This document shows, one piece after another, positions 6,704 through 9,120 of a stretch of 9,120 nucleotides of DNA. The DNA is taken from assembly GCF_003334815.1 (NCBI RefSeq), contig NZ_QOWO01000063.1. One strand, 5' to 3'. Position 1 is the stretch's first letter, and the number at the start of each line of letters is the position of its first letter. The DNA is from Escherichia coli (GTDB lineage: Bacteria; Pseudomonadota; Gammaproteobacteria; Enterobacterales; Enterobacteriaceae). The notes below the pieces were generated by a model, which saw only the letters and a list, made by a program, of their open reading frames with translations, was not told the origin of the DNA and ran no database searches. Both the position numbers and the translations under genes were made by a program.

Positions 6704-7236
6704 AGTTACTAAATTCCTTACAATACAGTTAGTTAGACGATTAAATCTGTCTCTTTTGCCTGTAAGAAATGCTCTGTTATGTCCCTTGAAAAAGCCGCTG
6801 TGGTTGATAGTGGTAATTGGGATGTTAACTCATAGCGGCGTGTCGTTCCAAGCGTCAAACACGTACTGACTCAACTTGAAAGCTATGACGTAGCCACCGT
6901 CTCTAAACAATCCCAAAACTTTTAGTGCAGCGCATTTTAGCCCGATGCCCCCATTCTGTCGCCGTCGCGAGACGCCGCAGGGGATAAACAGGTTTATGGT
7001 GGTCACGGTACTTGCAGACCATATGCAAGCTCTGCCAGCGGTTCGGCCTCGCTCCCCTTGGGTACATGGTCATCCTGATAAGCCTCACTAACTGACATAA
7101 CCCTGATGAAGTCGCAAGAGGCTCCGCTTGTTGTCTTACCACCAACGGGGCTTTATGGATTCTATTGCTTAATATATGATTGTATCAAACTTAGACTGCA
7201 TAATTTAAACGAACATAACAATCAGGCAGGGGAAGA

Positions 7237-8061
7237 ATGATAAAGCCATTTTCTGTGAGGTATGGTCATGTTGACGTTAGAGAGCATGTCCAGCTGAATG
7301 ATCTTAATTCTGATACACGCATGGCATTGTGGAATTGCTTATATCTTTTCCTTTGGACTAACAATCGTCAAACTGCTACAGCAACAAAATGTGCGCAGTC
7401 TGTGTGGATATATTATCTAAATCAACCTGCGGATAATATTCCTCGTTATGAAAGTGGATACAAAAGTGATAAGACGTTGCTGACTGCTATCCGAGATTAT
7501 ATATATGGGGAAGCATGGTATTTGGTATATGATTTAATTGAGTTCATCATTGAGAGAACTAATTCATATATTAATCTATCGAAGCATCTCAATTCCATCT
7601 TTAAAAAGCATGGCGTTGGTTATACCATAATAAATGGTTGTATTACTCCTATTTCAAATGATAACGAAATTGAAAGTGTTCAGAACGCAGTTGATAATGG
7701 CACTGATTCATCGCGTAGCCATTTCGAAAGGGCGTTACAACTAATGACGGATAGAGAGCAGCCAGACTACAGAAACTCGATTAAAGAGTCTATCTCTGCA
7801 ATTGAATCTTTATGCAGGAAAATCACGGGCAATGATAAAGGAACCTTGGGGGCTTGTCTTAAAGCTATAGAGGAAAAAGGATATATACACTCTGCAATGA
7901 AAGGCGCTTTTAGTCAGCTCTATGGTTATACAAGTGATCAGGGTGGAATACGTCATGCGCTAACAGAAGAAGATGTAAATCCTACCTTAGCTGAAGCTAA
8001 ATTTATGTTAGTCACTTGCAGTGCGTTCAGTAATTATCTGTTGTCAAAAATAAGTGATTAA
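7237..8061 (+). CDS. AbiJ-like abortive-infection protein (AbiJ N-terminal-type domain plus C-terminal HEPN-like domain), putative
   Basis: ATG 7237 with GGGGAAG SD. The N-terminus FSVRYGHVDVREHVQLNDL ... RMALWNCLY fits the FS-x-R-x-G ... LWN pattern I associate with AbiJ N-terminal domains. The C-terminal part has PDYRNSIKESISAIESL ... GYTSDQGGIRHALTEED ... AKFMLVTCSAF, typical of the linked HEPN-type domain. Family assignment is from memory, not a search. The gene is strongly AT-rich. Confidence 0.5.
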   Translation: MIKPFSVRYGHVDVREHVQLNDLNSDTRMALWNCLYLFLWTNNRQTATATKCAQSVWIYYLNQPADNIPRYESGYKSDKTLLTAIRDYIYGEAWYLVYDLIEFIIERTNSYINLSKHLNSIFKKHGVGYTIINGCITPISNDNEIESVQNAVDNGTDSSRSHFERALQLMTDREQPDYRNSIKESISAIESLCRKITGNDKGTLGACLKAIEEKGYIHSAMKGAFSQLYGYTSDQGGIRHALTEEDVNPTLAEAKFMLVTCSAFSNYLLSKISD

Positions 8062-8079
8062 TTACAGGTTTATAGTTAC

Positions 8080-8114
8080 GAGTGGGTTAGTTACCCACTC
8101 CCTTTAAAATTATT
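8080..8114. terminator. Candidate bidirectional terminator between convergent genes
   Basis: Perfect 8-bp stem GAGTGGGT / ACCCACTC (8080..8087 and 8093..8100, 5-nt loop) followed by CCTTTAAAATTATT; lies between the stop of 7237..8061 and the stop of the 8110..8682 minus-strand gene. Confidence 0.4.
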
Positions 8115-8682
8115 CACCAGACTCTAATCTTTTTTCTCTTTTCTCATCTCTCCTTTTTATTGCCAAATCGTGTTGCTCTTGCAGATACGTGCGTTCTTCG
8201 TTTCTATCGCTTGAAGTATATACGTCTGCTTTTACTTTTTTAGCTCCTTGTGCAATAGGTTTCCAATCCTCTCTTATACCTTTAATTTGTTCTGCAATTT
8301 GCGTCAATGGGCTTCTCGCTCCTAGATAACTTATTCCTTCAAATGTCGCCATGTCATACACATATTCATTTGTTTCTCTATCGTTTGATTTAGGTTTGCT
8401 TGCCCAGCTTATATTAATATTATAAATTTGATCTTTGATTTGTTCATACTTACAGAGATTGCTGGTAAGTGATTGCCCATTTTTTAACACGCTTACCTTA
8501 CTAAACGGAATCTCACTTTTTTCTCTATGCTCCGCATTTACTAGTGGAGGATCAAACACAACCTCAACATTATAGGCAGGTGCGTTCCCTGTATTAGCAA
8601 TGTTAATATCAAAGTAAAAAGCGGCCCAAGGGTTTGGCTCAAGTGTTACAACTATATGGGGTTGAGCTGATGCGTCAACCAT
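8110..8682 (-). CDS. Hypothetical protein (AT-rich cargo gene, no recognisable family)
   Basis: Start assigned to ATG 8682..8680 (MVDASAQPHIVVTLEP...). The ORF-track extension to 8736 would run into the IS terminal repeat and is therefore unlikely to be native. The C-terminal tail is Lys/Arg/Glu-rich. Confidence 0.5.
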   Translation of the reverse strand: MVDASAQPHIVVTLEPNPWAAFYFDINIANTGNAPAYNVEVVFDPPLVNAEHREKSEIPFSKVSVLKNGQSLTSNLCKYEQIKDQIYNINISWASKPKSNDRETNEYVYDMATFEGISYLGARSPLTQIAEQIKGIREDWKPIAQGAKKVKADVYTSSDRNEERTYLQEQHDLAIKRRDEKREKRLESGE

Positions 8683-8710
8683 TCTTTTTGTCTCGTCTGC
8701 TCTGAAGTGG

Positions 8711-9045
8711 TGAAGTGGTTTACTGAATTTGGCCACCTGAACAGAGGTGATATGCTCACCTCAGAACAACACAGGTGCTCCAATGAAAAAAAGAAATTTT
8801 AGCGCAGAGTTTAAACGCGAATCCGCTCAACTGGTTGTTGACCAGACATACACGGTGGCAGATGCCGCCAAAGCTATGGATGTTGGCCTTTCCACAATGA
8901 CAAGATGGGTCAAACAACTGCGTGATGAGCGTCAGGGCAAAACACCAAAAGCCTCTCCGATAACACCAGAACAAATCGAAATACGTAAGCTGAGGAAAAA
9001 GCTACAACGCATTGAAATGGAGAATGAAATATTAAAAAAGGCTAC
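8711..9045 (+). mobile_element. IS3-family insertion sequence (IS911-like), left end with terminal inverted repeat and orfA; truncated/interrupted at 9045
   Basis: The terminus TGAAGTGGTTTACTGAATTTGGCCACC begins with the TGAAGTGG...GGCCACC pattern I recall for IS911 ends, and the downstream sequence encodes an IS911-type OrfA. An extra TGAAGTGG copy sits immediately upstream at 8703..8710. Confidence 0.75.
8783..9045 (+). CDS. IS3-family (IS911-like) transposase OrfA (HTH/leucine-zipper N-terminal protein), 3' end disrupted by insertion
   Basis: Translation [88 protein letters not shown] is near-identical to IS911 OrfA as I remember it. After codon T (9044..9046) the reading frame continues into unrelated sequence. 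Confidence 0.8.
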
Positions 9046-9120
9046 TGTAGATTCAATCTGTCAATGCAACACCCCTTTCAATTATCTCTTTCGGTGTTTT
9101 GAACTTCAGTGTCTTTCTCG
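9046..9120 (+). mobile_element. Terminus of an IS30-family element inserted into the IS911-like orfA (continues beyond window)
   Basis: The sequence from 9046, TGTAGATTCAATCTGTCAATGCAACA, resembles the IS30 terminal inverted repeat (recalled as TGTAGATTCAATTGGTCAACGCAACA). The junction is exactly where IS911 homology stops. Confidence 0.5.

Noticed and set aside
6903-7145. 80-codon minus-strand ORF in the GC-rich intergenic stretch
   Set aside because: Arg/Trp/Cys-rich translation typical of non-coding GC-rich DNA, no RBS, no recognisable domain. Kept only as part of the non-coding-interval finding.
8756-8974. 72-codon minus-strand ORF antisense to the IS911-like orfA
   Set aside because: The plus-strand reading is near-identical to a known IS orfA; the antisense ORF is a shadow.
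1-9120. CRISPR array or other regularly spaced tandem repeats
   Set aside because: No repeat-spacer periodicity found on reading; the only tandem or direct repeats are the three TTTTCTGGCA copies and the duplicated TGAAGTGG at the IS end.

Overview
This window reads as a mosaic accessory region of an enterobacterial-type genome, probably a tRNA-Leu-associated integrative island followed by a second, AT-rich cargo block and nested insertion sequences. Left to right: a tyrosine integrase (95..1390) with a terminator, a small NIPSNAP/ABM-like gene, about 1 kb with no sizeable ORF, a DUF1643-like gene broken by a homopolymer frameshift, a serine recombinase preceded by three direct repeats and tightly linked to an AT-rich cargo gene, a divergent membrane-protein/XRE-regulator pair around a perfect 14-bp palindrome, and a 25-bp copy of a tRNA-Leu 3' end (6679..6703) that looks like an att repeat. 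Beyond it lie an AbiJ/HEPN-like gene convergent with an unknown gene, then an IS911-like element whose orfA is cut by an IS30-family terminus. The two candidates for an undescribed system are the recombinase-linked cargo gene and the AbiJ-like pair; both are unproven. All family assignments come from reading the translations and from memory of the families, not from any search.
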